From positions 2,400,001 through 2,464,000 of the forward strand of contig CBDDFZ010000001.1 in assembly GCA_965227515.1 (NCBI GenBank): DNA of 64,000 bases, read 5' to 3'. This document shows positions 9,421 to 20,732 of the stretch, in pieces. The stretch's first letter is position 1, and each line of letters opens with the position of its first letter. Position numbers and translations under genes: made by a program. The DNA comes from Alphaproteobacteria bacterium (GTDB lineage Bacteria > Pseudomonadota > Alphaproteobacteria > CALKHQ01). The notes under the pieces were generated by a model. The model did not search any database and had not been told where the DNA came from. It saw only the letters and a program-made list of their open reading frames with translations.

Positions 9421-10149
9421 CTATTCCACGGCAGGGCACGCCGTGGTCAGGCAGGGCAGCAGGGCGTCGCGCCACAGCGCGTAGCCGGTGCCCAGCAGAT
9501 GCAGGTCGTCGTTGGAGTATTCCGGGCGCATCGCACCCTGGTCGTCGGCGAACCGGTCGTGCAGATCGAGCAGGTCGTGCCCGCCGGCCCGTGCGATCTC
9601 GCGGATAGCCGCGTTGATCTCGGCGATCCGCTCGGCGTACTGCCTGCTGCGCGGAAACAGGGTGTGCAGCACCACGCGCGCGCCGGGCAGCGCGGTCGAC
9701 AGCCGGTCCGCGATCGCCTGGATATTGGCGGTGACGGTGGCGGGCTCCAGGCCGACCCCGACATCGTTGGTGCCGATCATCACCACGATCACCTGCGGGT
9801 CGAGGTCGATCACCGGGTCCAGGCGCTGCAACAGGCCGTCGGTGGTGTCGCCGGCGATGCCGAAATTGCGGATCGAGAGGTCGGGAAACGCCTCCGCCCA
9901 GCGCCCGTGGTCGATCAGGCTGTCGCCGGCCAGCACGATGCCGCCGCGCCCGGTGTCGAGCGACGGAAACAGGCTGGCCTTCTGGTCGTACCAGGGCCCG
10001 ATGGGATCGTAGCCGGCGACCGCGCGCACGAAGCCGCCCGGCGCATAGACCGCAAGCGCGATCACCACCACCGCCGCAAGGTTCAGCAGCAGCGAGATCA
10101 ACAGGACGCGCCGCCCGAAGCGGTGCAGGAACGAGCCGTGGCGGCTCAT
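9421..10149 (-). CDS. SGNH/GDSL hydrolase, membrane-anchored
   Basis: GDSL, GIAGD, GTND and DDLH blocks; N-terminal TM segment. Confidence 0.9.
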   Translation of the reverse strand: MSRHGSFLHRFGRRVLLISLLLNLAAVVVIALAVYAPGGFVRAVAGYDPIGPWYDQKASLFPSLDTGRGGIVLAGDSLIDHGRWAEAFPDLSIRNFGIAGDTTDGLLQRLDPVIDLDPQVIVVMIGTNDVGVGLEPATVTANIQAIADRLSTALPGARVVLHTLFPRSRQYAERIAEINAAIREIARAGGHDLLDLHDRFADDQGAMRPEYSNDDLHLLGTGYALWRDALLPCLTTACPAVE

Positions 10150-10233
10150 GGCTGTGCCTGGGGCAATCCAATCCGCATGGCGGCATCGTATATCAAAACG
10201 CAAGCGGGGACCCGAACCCAATAGGGGGGTGTC

Positions 10234-10638
10234 ATGGGTGTTGCTATCACGCCGTTCTATGGCGGCCTGCTGGGTCTGCTGTTTGTCGGATTGGCGGCCA
10301 GGGTGATCGCCATGCGCCGCAGCGCGCACATCGGCCTCGGCGACGGCGGCGACAAGCCGCTGATGCGGCGCATACGGGTGCACGCGAATTTCGCCGAATA
10401 CGTCCCGCTGGTGCTGGTGCTGATGGCGCTGGCCGAGTTGCAAGGCTTCGGGCCCTGGGCCTTGCATATCCTGGGGGGAATGATGGTTGCCGGTCGCGCG
10501 ATCCATGCATTCGGCGTCGGCACCGAACCGGAGCGGCCGCACCTGCGCGTCATCGGCATGGCCGCGACCATGACCGCAATGGTTGTCGCCGCGCTGGCCA
10601 ACCTGCTTCTTGCCGTTTCTGGTACGACCGTCCCCTAG
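10234..10638 (+). CDS. MAPEG family protein
   Basis: GDGGD...RVHANFAEYVP, GRAIHA. Confidence 0.9.
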   Translation: MGVAITPFYGGLLGLLFVGLAARVIAMRRSAHIGLGDGGDKPLMRRIRVHANFAEYVPLVLVLMALAELQGFGPWALHILGGMMVAGRAIHAFGVGTEPERPHLRVIGMAATMTAMVVAALANLLLAVSGTTVP

Positions 10639-11204
10639 GGGACACTGAGATGGCGTGCGACTTCCGCCTCCACTGCATCCGCCCGCGCGGCGACGCCGGT
10701 CTTGGCGAGATGCACCAGACGGTAGCCGCGGGCCGGGTAGGCGCGGGCCAGATCGTCATACTCGGCGACCGCGTCGTCGAAACCGTGCCGGCGCTCGGCA
10801 TCGGTGGCGAACAGCTCGGGCCAGGGCGGTGCCATGAACACCGTCGTAGCGTAGCGGCAGCGTGTTGCGGCATCGCGCGTCCGCGTGTCGAGCGCCAGGC
10901 CCAGCCGCTCGGCCGCGGCCAGGGCATCGACAAGCGACCGGTCGAAGAACGCCGGGCCGGGGCTGGCACCCATCTCGGCGTGCGCCGCCATGCCGCGTGC
11001 GATGCAGAGCTCGATGAACCGGTGCATGTTCTGCCATGGCAGGCCGTCACCGCCGCGCGCCTGCTCGTCGCGCACGATCTGGCGGCCCGGCTCCGGCACC
11101 GTCGCGTGGCCGCGCCGCGCCAGTTCGGCCAGCAATGTCGACTTGCCGCCGCCGGAGCAGCCGGAGATGACGAACAGGTGGCGCGTCGGGTCCTCAGTCA
11201 CCAT
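10635..11204 (-). CDS. AAA_28-like predicted ATPase/kinase
   Basis: ISGCSGGGKSTL, FFDRSLVD, APPWPELF..DAERRH. Confidence 0.85.
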   Translation of the reverse strand: MVTEDPTRHLFVISGCSGGGKSTLLAELARRGHATVPEPGRQIVRDEQARGGDGLPWQNMHRFIELCIARGMAAHAEMGASPGPAFFDRSLVDALAAAERLGLALDTRTRDAATRCRYATTVFMAPPWPELFATDAERRHGFDDAVAEYDDLARAYPARGYRLVHLAKTGVAARADAVEAEVARHLSVP

Positions 11205-11324
11205 CGGCGTCCGCACAATTGATTCCAACCGCCATAATTTTGCCTTGGCACGGGCCAACAGCTGCCCGGGAGGCACCTAGATAGGCAGGGAAGGAGTGCG
11301 ACAGGATTGCAAAGGGTGGGTGAC

Positions 11325-12716
11325 ATGAGCGCTGCAGAGATGACGATGCCATTGGTGCCGCCTTTCGTGCCGCCGGCGCGCAAGCGGGTGCCATTCCCCG
11401 GCAACATCCTGATGTTGCGCGACAACATGCTGGCGACCCTGCCGGAGGCGATCTACCGCGAGCCGATGGTCGAGACGTTCGGCCCGCCCCGTGTCATCCA
11501 TATCGCCGATCCCGCCCTGGTCAAGGAAGTGCTGCTGGACCGCGCCGACGAGTTCCGCAAGGACAACGTTATGCGCCACTTCTTCCGCGACCTGCTGGGC
11601 AACGGCATCTTCACCGCCGAGGGCCAGGACTGGCGCTGGCAGCGCCGCACGGCAGCCCCGCTGTTCCGTCATGGCGAACTGCTGCGCTACGTGCCGACCA
11701 TGTCCGACGCCGCCGACGCGGTGATCGCGAAATGGCGGGCGGCGCCCGAGGGCGCGGTCCACGCCATCGACGGCGACATGATGCAGGCCACCTATCACGT
11801 CATCTCGAACACCATTCTGGCCGGCGGCGGGTCCGGGGTCGGCGAGGCCATCCTGGAGGGCCGCGACGACTACATCGACGGCGTCAACTGGTGGCTGATC
11901 TATTCGCTGTTTCGCATGCCGCATTGGATGCCGCGCCCAGGCGGTAGGCGCATGCGCGCCCAGGAGGCACGGCTGCGCGCGTCCGTGACCGCACTGATCC
12001 GCGACCGCCGCGCCGCCGTGGCCGAAGGGCGCCAGGACGACCGCGACGACATCTTCACCCGCATGCTCACCGCGACCGATCCCGAGACCGGCCAGGCGAT
12101 GTCGGAGAGCCAGTTGGTCGACAACCTGCTGACCTTCCTGCTTGCCGGCTACGAGACCACCGCGACCAGCCTGACCTGGACGCTCTATCTGCTGTCGAAG
12201 TCGCCGGAGTGGGCGGAACGCGCCTATCGCGAGGTGATGGAGGTGGCGCCGTCCGGCCCGATCGGTGCCGGGGATGTCGAGCGCCTGGTCGTGGTGCAGC
12301 AGGTGCTGAAAGAGGCGATGCGGCTGTTCCCGGCTGCTGCCATGATGCAGCGCTGTGCCCAGCACAACACGCGGCTGGGCGACGTGCCGGTGAAGCGCGG
12401 CACCCTGATCTCGGTCCCGGTGTATGCCATTCACCGCCATCGCCGGCTGTGGTCCGACCCGGATACGTTCGATCCGTCGCGCTTCGCGCCGGAGCAGGCG
12501 GCCCACCACGCGCGCTACCAGTTCATGCCCTTCGGGGCCGGGCCGCGGGTGTGCATCGGCGGCGCGTTCGCGATGATCGAGGCGACGGTCATTCTGGCGC
12601 AGCTGATCCGCGCGGCGGAATTTTCCTGCCCGCCCGGCTTCGAGCCCGAGCCGGTGGCCCGCATCACGCTGGCGCCACGCAACGGCATGCCGCTGCACGT
12701 CACAATGCGCGACTGA
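11325..12716 (+). CDS. Cytochrome P450
   Basis: AGYETT, EAMR, FDPSRF and heme motif FGAGPRVCIG. Confidence 0.95.
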   Translation: MSAAEMTMPLVPPFVPPARKRVPFPGNILMLRDNMLATLPEAIYREPMVETFGPPRVIHIADPALVKEVLLDRADEFRKDNVMRHFFRDLLGNGIFTAEGQDWRWQRRTAAPLFRHGELLRYVPTMSDAADAVIAKWRAAPEGAVHAIDGDMMQATYHVISNTILAGGGSGVGEAILEGRDDYIDGVNWWLIYSLFRMPHWMPRPGGRRMRAQEARLRASVTALIRDRRAAVAEGRQDDRDDIFTRMLTATDPETGQAMSESQLVDNLLTFLLAGYETTATSLTWTLYLLSKSPEWAERAYREVMEVAPSGPIGAGDVERLVVVQQVLKEAMRLFPAAAMMQRCAQHNTRLGDVPVKRGTLISVPVYAIHRHRRLWSDPDTFDPSRFAPEQAAHHARYQFMPFGAGPRVCIGGAFAMIEATVILAQLIRAAEFSCPPGFEPEPVARITLAPRNGMPLHVTMRD

Positions 12717-12973
12717 GCATGATCAGCTTGCGCCGATCTTGAAACGAGCCGTTTCGGCTCATCTTCCAAAGGTCTCTGAAAGAGCCGCCGCCGCGCCATG
12801 GAGGCAGAGGGGAAGAGGGAACAAGCGCAGCGGCGGCGAGTGCGTGCTGCATCCGGCAATAGATGAGCTCGCACGTATTATATGTGGTCGATTGGCCCCG
12901 AATACTTGCCGCGCGCAGTCAACATGCCGTGATGGGCGGTGAGAACGGCGCCGGTGCTTGCAAACGGGGACAA

Positions 12974-13102
12974 CTAGATCGGGATCAGCTTGCGCTGAAT
13001 CTGCGCCAGCCCTCTCCCCCACCCGGCCACCCAGAAGGATACTGTAGTTGGGCGGCCGGGTGGGGGAGAGGGCCGGTGCCGACTTAAATGATCATGCTCT
13101 AG
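12974..13102 (+). mobile_element. ~129-bp MITE copy 1
   Basis: CTAGATCGGGATCA...TGATCATGCTCTAG imperfect TIRs, central GC hairpin; six copies in the window. Confidence 0.85.
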
Positions 13103-13320
13103 CGAATATCGGGCGGGCCAGACTGGTTGCGGTGCGCGATCCAGCGCACGACTGGCACGGCGATCAGCCAGCCGATCAGCGGCACGATGAAGATGTAGTC
13201 GAACATCGGGTCCGCAGGGTCGCCGCCGCTCATCACCAGCACCGCGACCATCCATGCGGCGGTCAGGCCATAGCCGATCCCGCGCCAGACATATCCGTCG
13301 CGCCAGTTCATGTCTGCCAA
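13099..13320 (-). CDS. Small two-TM hypothetical protein
   Basis: 73 aa with two hydrophobic segments; stop codon shared with the MITE end. Confidence 0.6.
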   Translation of the reverse strand: MADMNWRDGYVWRGIGYGLTAAWMVAVLVMSGGDPADPMFDYIFIVPLIGWLIAVPVVRWIAHRNQSGPPDIR

Positions 13321-13351
13321 TGCGTGCTGGAAATCCGCATCGATCGCGTGC

Positions 13352-13519
13352 TCACCCTTCGAAGACGATCAGGCCGATCGCGATGACAACCGCGATGGCC
13401 AGCCAGATCATCAAGTGCCGGCGCGAGCCCGGCGGAAACCCGCGCCTGGCATAGAGGGCCGAGAACGCCACCAGCAAGACCACGCCGCTGATCAGTCCGA
13501 TGATCTGGTAGTCGCTCAT
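13352..13519 (-). CDS. Small two-TM hypothetical protein (55 aa)
   Basis: Manual translation MSDYQIIGLISGVVLLVAFSALYARRGFPPGSRRHLMIWLAIAVVIAIGLIVFEG. Confidence 0.6.
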   Translation of the reverse strand: MSDYQIIGLISGVVLLVAFSALYARRGFPPGSRRHLMIWLAIAVVIAIGLIVFEG

Positions 13520-13575
13520 TCGCTCGCGTCGGATTGCCGTGTCGAAATCGCCCGAACCTTACCTCGAACAAAGGA

Positions 13576-13705
13576 CTAGAGCATCTTTCGTTCAATCTGC
13601 ACCGGCCCGCACCCCCACCCGGCCACCCAGACAGGATACTATCGTTGGGTGGCCGGGTGGGGGTGCGGGCTGGCGCCGACTCAGCGTGAGCAAAAAACTG
13701 GCTAA
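13576..13705 (-). mobile_element. MITE copy 2 (divergent variant)
   Basis: CTAGAGCATC...CCCCCACCCGGCCACCCA..TGGGTGGCCGGGTGGGGG...GCTAA. Confidence 0.75.
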
Positions 13706-13802
13706 ACGGCGATTAACCAATTTTTTCAGCCTCATGCGCCAGAATGTCATTGCATCGGTCGGAATGCGACCGGAAACGATCTTAAGGCAAACGCACCAAC
13801 TT

Positions 13803-14963
13803 ATGTCGGCAGTTCCTGTCCAAGCGCCGCCAAAGGACGACGCATCGTCCTCGGGAAGCAACGCCAAGTTCGATATGTTTGCCCCGCAAACGTTCGACGA
13901 CCGTGGGCTGGCGATCCCGTTTACCACGCCCAAGCTGTCGCTGGCGCGGGTGCGGCGCAATCGTCGCGATGTCCAGGAATTGCTGATCCCATATTTCGCG
14001 GACGCGCCGGGCACCTATGTCGTGCCGTGGTCGACCCTGCCCGAGATGATGTCGCTGACGCTGCACGACCGGCAGTTGCACGAGGAGCTGTCCAAGCTGG
14101 ACGCATTTACCCCCAATGGCGTGCGGTGGGTCTGCCTCAAAGTGGGCGCGCAGGGGCTGGCCGGCCCGGACGTGGCGGAGAGCTGCCGGCGCCGGCTGGC
14201 GTCGGAGGCTGGCCAGCAGCTTGTCGCCAACTACAGCCTGATCCAGCGCGTGTACGAGCACGTCGGCTTCGATGCGACCCAGTTGACGCCGCAGTCGCTG
14301 CAGACCGATTGGGGGCGCAAGCAGACCAAGAGCGCCTTCGAGGCGATGGCCAAGAAGCTGCACACGACGCCGGATGCGCTGTACGCGAACCTGTCCGAGC
14401 AGAGTACGGTGCTGGCCCAGGTCGGCCTTGCCGAAGCTGCGCAGCCCGGGCGCTTGCGCCAGGTGGCTGCGGACGTGACCGGCTTTGCATCGTCGGTTTG
14501 GGGCTGGGTCGCCCAGACGGTGGACGAGCGCCGCTACCTGGGGAAGATCGTCGGCGGTGTCGCCGAGCAAACCGCTGCGGTGGCCGACGGGTTGCTGGGC
14601 GAAATCGACGTGCTGCTGGCCGACATCGGGCAGTTGATGTCGAACTGGGCGGCGAATTCGCGCGCGCTCGAGGAGCGGATCGACCGCCTGTGCTGGCTGC
14701 TGGACTGCTGGGACATGCTGGTGGTCATCTGGCGGACGGCGGCTGACGGCCAGGAAGTGGACCGTGCCCTGGCCGTGGAGGAGATTCACCGCGCCCTGCC
14801 AGCCGTGCCGCGCCGCGAGCTGGAGCGCCTGCCGCGCACCATCCAGGCGAAGGGCGAGCGGCGGTACGAGCGGCGCATCTATCCGTGCAAGGACAGTCGC
14901 TATGCCTCGCCCGAGTTGGAGGCGAAACGGCGCATCGAGACCGCGAAGGCTGGGCAATCATGA
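13803..14963 (+). CDS. Hypothetical protein
   Basis: Long ORF with genome-like codon usage (FDDRGLAIPFTTP..ARVR); start inferred. Confidence 0.75.
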   Translation: MSAVPVQAPPKDDASSSGSNAKFDMFAPQTFDDRGLAIPFTTPKLSLARVRRNRRDVQELLIPYFADAPGTYVVPWSTLPEMMSLTLHDRQLHEELSKLDAFTPNGVRWVCLKVGAQGLAGPDVAESCRRRLASEAGQQLVANYSLIQRVYEHVGFDATQLTPQSLQTDWGRKQTKSAFEAMAKKLHTTPDALYANLSEQSTVLAQVGLAEAAQPGRLRQVAADVTGFASSVWGWVAQTVDERRYLGKIVGGVAEQTAAVADGLLGEIDVLLADIGQLMSNWAANSRALEERIDRLCWLLDCWDMLVVIWRTAADGQEVDRALAVEEIHRALPAVPRRELERLPRTIQAKGERRYERRIYPCKDSRYASPELEAKRRIETAKAGQS

Positions 14964-16270
14964 CAAGTCCCAAGGCAATCCTGACGCTGTTGGAGGGCCG
15001 GGTCGGCCAGTTGGAAGATCGCGTCATCGTTGAAGTCAGCCACCTGCTGGAGCACGGCGGCGACGACCAGGACGCGCTGCGCGGCCGGTCGATCATCCGC
15101 CCCCGCCTGCGCCGGCTGCGCCCCCGCCGGTCGATCCTGCCGCGCCGCCTGTTCTGCCTGCCGTTCCAGGGCCTGCTGCGCGACACGCCGGAACACTGCA
15201 CGATGGCGGCACACATTGCGCGCAAACACGTGGCGCCGGCCTGGGAGGCGATTGCCGAGGCGCTGGGCCAGCAGCGGTTGACCGCCATCCAGGAGAAGAT
15301 CGCCGAGCAACCGGGAGCCGACACCAACAAGCTGCGCGAGATTGGCGAGCCCCTGTGGGAGGCAGCGGATCAGGCGATCGACAAGGCCATTCCGACCGTT
15401 TCCGATCCAGCGGTCCGCGCGGCCATGAGCACGATGCGCGCCGCCGTGCGCATGCGGCAGAAGATTTGGCGTGTGATGGAAGACCTGCCGGGCCCGGCCA
15501 TGACCGAGCTGGAAGACCGCCAGATCACCATCGCCTGCAATATGTTGGAGGCCGCGCTGAGGGTGGGCCCGAACGAGGCCTATGTCGTCGGCACGGTGAT
15601 CGCCATGCGATTGAGCCCGCCGTCGCGCCTGATGGGCGTGATGACGGCTGGTGGTCTGGGCATGAGCGATCCGCGCTCGCGCGCCGTGCTGGAGCGCTTC
15701 GCGGCCGACTTCAACGCCGATTTGTGCCAGGGGATTGCCAGCTATGCCGAGCGGGCGGCCAGTGCGACGCCCGACGCGATGGTCAGCGAGTTGAAGTCGC
15801 TGACCGACGGTCTCGCCGCCATGAAAGGCTTCGCCAAGCGGCTGGAGGACGACAAGGTGCGCGAGAGCGTCGCCGAGGCGCTGGATAATGCGCGCAAGGT
15901 CGGCGGCGACACGGTGCTGCCGCGGCTGACCGGCGGCGTGGTCGACAGCATCGGCCAGGTGCTGGGCAATGTCGCCAATGATGGCGACGACCTGACCCAT
16001 GCCCGTGCGGTGGAAGAGAACATCATCGCCCTGCAGCAGTGCCATGGCTGGGCCGGGCACCTGGACATGGTCGACAAGGTGGAGGCGGCCAGCGCCGAAC
16101 TGCTGGCCGGCGTCACCGCCCAGGCCGAGGATCTGCTCGGTCGTGCGTCGTCCGGCGACCTCACTGTGCGCCGTCAGTTGATGTCGCTGGCCCGCTACGT
16201 TGAGTTTCTCGGCGGCTCCGAACTGGCCAACTCGACCTTGAGCGGCTGGCTCAGCCGGGTCGCGGCGTAG
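14960..16270 (+). CDS. Hypothetical alpha-helical protein
   Basis: ATGA overlap with the upstream ORF; IRPRL....PRR...RRLFCLPF. Confidence 0.75.
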   Translation: MTSPKAILTLLEGRVGQLEDRVIVEVSHLLEHGGDDQDALRGRSIIRPRLRRLRPRRSILPRRLFCLPFQGLLRDTPEHCTMAAHIARKHVAPAWEAIAEALGQQRLTAIQEKIAEQPGADTNKLREIGEPLWEAADQAIDKAIPTVSDPAVRAAMSTMRAAVRMRQKIWRVMEDLPGPAMTELEDRQITIACNMLEAALRVGPNEAYVVGTVIAMRLSPPSRLMGVMTAGGLGMSDPRSRAVLERFAADFNADLCQGIASYAERAASATPDAMVSELKSLTDGLAAMKGFAKRLEDDKVRESVAEALDNARKVGGDTVLPRLTGGVVDSIGQVLGNVANDGDDLTHARAVEENIIALQQCHGWAGHLDMVDKVEAASAELLAGVTAQAEDLLGRASSGDLTVRRQLMSLARYVEFLGGSELANSTLSGWLSRVAA

Positions 16271-16369
16271 TGCCTGACGGGACGGATCCCACCCAGCCCC
16301 ACCTCAGGTCTCGTCCTCCCCACCCAGTCCTTTAGGACCTGGGCATCCAAAATCGCTTAGATATCTTCG

Positions 16370-16384
16370 TGGCAAACTTTGCCA
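16370..16384. promoter_or_regulatory. Putative ParD operator
   Basis: TGGCAAA-C-TTTGCCA inverted repeat ~35 bp upstream of the antitoxin start. Confidence 0.55.
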
Positions 16385-16417
16385 TATCGCGTTATCTTGC
16401 CTTTCGGAGGTGAGACG

Positions 16418-16662
16418 ATGGCCACAATGAACGTATCGCTGCCAGACGCAATGAAGGATTGGGTTGAGCGGCAGAGCAAAGGCGGGCGCTACAGCAACTC
16501 AAGCGACTATGTGCGCGACCTGATCCGACGTGACCGCGACCGCGTCGAAAAAATTGCCCGCATGCAGCAACTCGTGACAGAGGGTTTGAACAGCGGCGTC
16601 GGCGACCGCACCATGGAAGAGTTGCGGACTGACGCCCGGGCACAATTTGAGCAGTCTGGTAC

Positions 16663-16666
<4 letters not shown>
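16418..16666 (+). CDS. parD: Type II TA antitoxin, ParD family (RHH)
   Basis: MATMNVSLPD...GRYSNSSDYVRDLIRRD; GGAGG RBS. Confidence 0.9.
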
Positions 16667-18283
<1,617 letters not shown>

Positions 18284-18362
18284 TCAACGCGATATGGCCG
18301 GTGCGGCGGCTCGACGGAGGGAGCAACGGGTGCGTCGTTCGCTACGGACCATGGAGGAAAGT

Positions 18363-20732
18363 ATGAGCGCTAACCGCCACGTATATGCGGTGCTGCTGGA
18401 AGACGTGCCTCAGTCTGCCCCCAGGGCTGGCGGCGTGGGCTGGTCGCCCACTTTGCTGTATCGCGGACTATTCGCCCTTATCGTTGCAATGGCCATGCTG
18501 ATGCCGGTGGTGGTGTCCACCGCGCGGGCCAGCGAGGTCATCCGAGTCGGCCTGCCGGCCGAGGTCGAGACCGGCCTGTGGCTGACCACGCCGGAGCCCG
18601 GCATGCTGGCCATGGCGCCGAACGTCGACACCGATGTCGAGATCGACGTCAACGGCATGATCGTGCGCGCCACGGTCACCCAGACCTATACCAACCCCGG
18701 CGACTATTGGGCCGAGGGCATCTACGTCTTCCCGCTGCCGGAAACGGCGGCGGTCGACCGCTTGCAGATGTACATCGGCGAGCGTGTGGTCGAGGGCGAG
18801 ATCCAGAGCGCGGAAGACGCGCGCGCGGCCTATGAGACCGCGCTGGCCGAGGGCCGCAACGCCAGCCTGCTGGAGCAGCAGCGCCCGAACATCTTCACCA
18901 CCAACGTGGCCAACATCGGCCCCGGCGAGACCATCCGCATCCAGTTCGTCTATCAGGACACGGTGCATTTCGACGCCGGCGAGTTCCGCCTGCGCTTCCC
19001 GATGGTCGTCGGCCCCCGCTACATCCCGGACCAGGGCGTCATCCACATGGTGTCCGGCGGCGAGCCGCCGCTGGTGGGCTCCACGCCGGACGACTGGTGG
19101 GCGATTACCCCGCCGGTGCGCAACCCCGAGGACGGCCCGATCAACCCGATCTCGCTGACGGTGAACCTGGATGCCGGCTTCAATCTTGCCGCCATCGAGT
19201 CGCCGTTCCATGACGTCGACATCGTCGAAAGCGCCGGCCTGGTGTCGGTCGCGCTCGGCCACGACGAGGACACGGTCTATGCCGACCGCGACTTCGAGCT
19301 GGTGTGGTCGCCGGCCGTCGGCGAGGTGCCCCACGCCGCGATGTTCCGCGAGACCATTGGCGGCGACCACTTCGTGCACGTGATGGTGATGCCGCCCGAC
19401 GATATGGGCGCCGACATCATCGACCTGCCGCGCGAGGTGATCTACATCGTCGACACCTCCGGTTCGATGGACGGTGCCTCGATCGAGCAGGCCCGCCGTG
19501 CGGTCGCCCTGGCGCTGGAGCAGTTGGAAGGCAATGACCGCTTCAACGTGATCGAGTTCAACGACACCGCGCGCGCCCTGTTCCGCACCGCGGTGGACGC
19601 GACCGACCGCACCATCGGCGAGGCGGTGGGCTTCGTGCGCGGCCTGCGCGCGGACGGCGGCACCGAGATGCTGAGCGCCCTGCAACTGGCGCTGAGCGAC
19701 CGCGGCGCCGACGGCTATGTCCGCCAGATCGTGTTCATCACCGACGGTTCGGTGGGCAACGAGCTCGAGATCTTCCGCTACATCGAGCAGAACCTCGGCC
19801 AGTCCCGGCTCTATACGGTCGGCATCGGCTCCGCCCCGAACAGCTTCTTCATGAGCGAGGCGGCGGAGGTCGGCCGCGGCACCTTCACCTATATCGGCAG
19901 CCCCGACCAGGTGGAGAGCCGCATGGGCGAGCTGTTCGCCAAGCTGGAGAACCCGGTGATGCGGGACCTTCAGGTCACCTACGCCGACGGCACGCCGCTC
20001 GACGTCGAGGACGCCGAGCTGTGGCCGCGCAACATCCCCGATCTCTATCTTGGCGAGCCGGTGCGCTTCACGCTGCAGGTGGACGACCCGGAGGCCGTGC
20101 TGACGGTGATGGGCGAGCGGGCCGGCGAGACCTGGTCGCAGACCATCCACATGGGCGACGCCGAGAAGGCCGAGGGCATCGCGGCGGTCTGGGCCTATGC
20201 CAAGATCGACAGCCTGATGGACGAGCTGGTGTTCGGCGCCGACGAGGAGGATATCCGCGCCCAGGTGATCGACATCGCCCTCGCCTACGAGGTGGTGACC
20301 CAGTACACGAGCCTGGTGGCCGAGGACGACGAGTTCGTGCGGCCGACCGGCGAGGACGTGCTGAGCTACGGCCTGGAGACCAACCTGCCGGAAGGCTGGG
20401 TCTACGACAGCGTGTTCGGCGAGGAAGGCGAGGACGATGTGACCCTCGGCAACCCGTCCCGCGCGCTCGGCGGTGCCGCGAACGCGATGCCGGCGCAGCA
20501 GGCGCAGTCCAACGCGCCCGCTCCTGCGGAGCCGGTGATGGCCTACGACGCCATGTCCGAGGCCGAGATGGTCGACGAAGAGGCCGTGATGGAAGATCCG
20601 GCCCCGCTGGTCGATGCCCCGACCGGGCTGGGTGACCAGGCCGCGTTCGGCCCGGCCATCCTGGCGCTGGTCTTCGGCGGCGGGCTGCTGCTGGTGGTCG
20701 TCGTGATCGCCAGCCGGCGCCGGACGCGTTGA
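18363..20732 (+). CDS. VIT + vWA domain protein, proteobacterial sortase target type
   Basis: VIT (EGIYVFPLPETAAVD), MIDAS DTSGSM, FITDG; C-terminal TM plus RRRTR tail; GGAGG RBS. Confidence 0.9.
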   Translation: MSANRHVYAVLLEDVPQSAPRAGGVGWSPTLLYRGLFALIVAMAMLMPVVVSTARASEVIRVGLPAEVETGLWLTTPEPGMLAMAPNVDTDVEIDVNGMIVRATVTQTYTNPGDYWAEGIYVFPLPETAAVDRLQMYIGERVVEGEIQSAEDARAAYETALAEGRNASLLEQQRPNIFTTNVANIGPGETIRIQFVYQDTVHFDAGEFRLRFPMVVGPRYIPDQGVIHMVSGGEPPLVGSTPDDWWAITPPVRNPEDGPINPISLTVNLDAGFNLAAIESPFHDVDIVESAGLVSVALGHDEDTVYADRDFELVWSPAVGEVPHAAMFRETIGGDHFVHVMVMPPDDMGADIIDLPREVIYIVDTSGSMDGASIEQARRAVALALEQLEGNDRFNVIEFNDTARALFRTAVDATDRTIGEAVGFVRGLRADGGTEMLSALQLALSDRGADGYVRQIVFITDGSVGNELEIFRYIEQNLGQSRLYTVGIGSAPNSFFMSEAAEVGRGTFTYIGSPDQVESRMGELFAKLENPVMRDLQVTYADGTPLDVEDAELWPRNIPDLYLGEPVRFTLQVDDPEAVLTVMGERAGETWSQTIHMGDAEKAEGIAAVWAYAKIDSLMDELVFGADEEDIRAQVIDIALAYEVVTQYTSLVAEDDEFVRPTGEDVLSYGLETNLPEGWVYDSVFGEEGEDDVTLGNPSRALGGAANAMPAQQAQSNAPAPAEPVMAYDAMSEAEMVDEEAVMEDPAPLVDAPTGLGDQAAFGPAILALVFGGGLLLVVVVIASRRRTR

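Noticed and set aside
9421-12716. SGNH/MAPEG/ATPase/P450 as a biosynthetic cluster
   Set aside because: Alternating orientations, with no scaffold enzyme, precursor peptide or redox partner
12714-12770. MITE-end-like TGAGCATGATCAGCTTGCGC at the P450 stop, plus a small hairpin
   Set aside because: Only ~20 bp of similarity, with no core hairpin or second end
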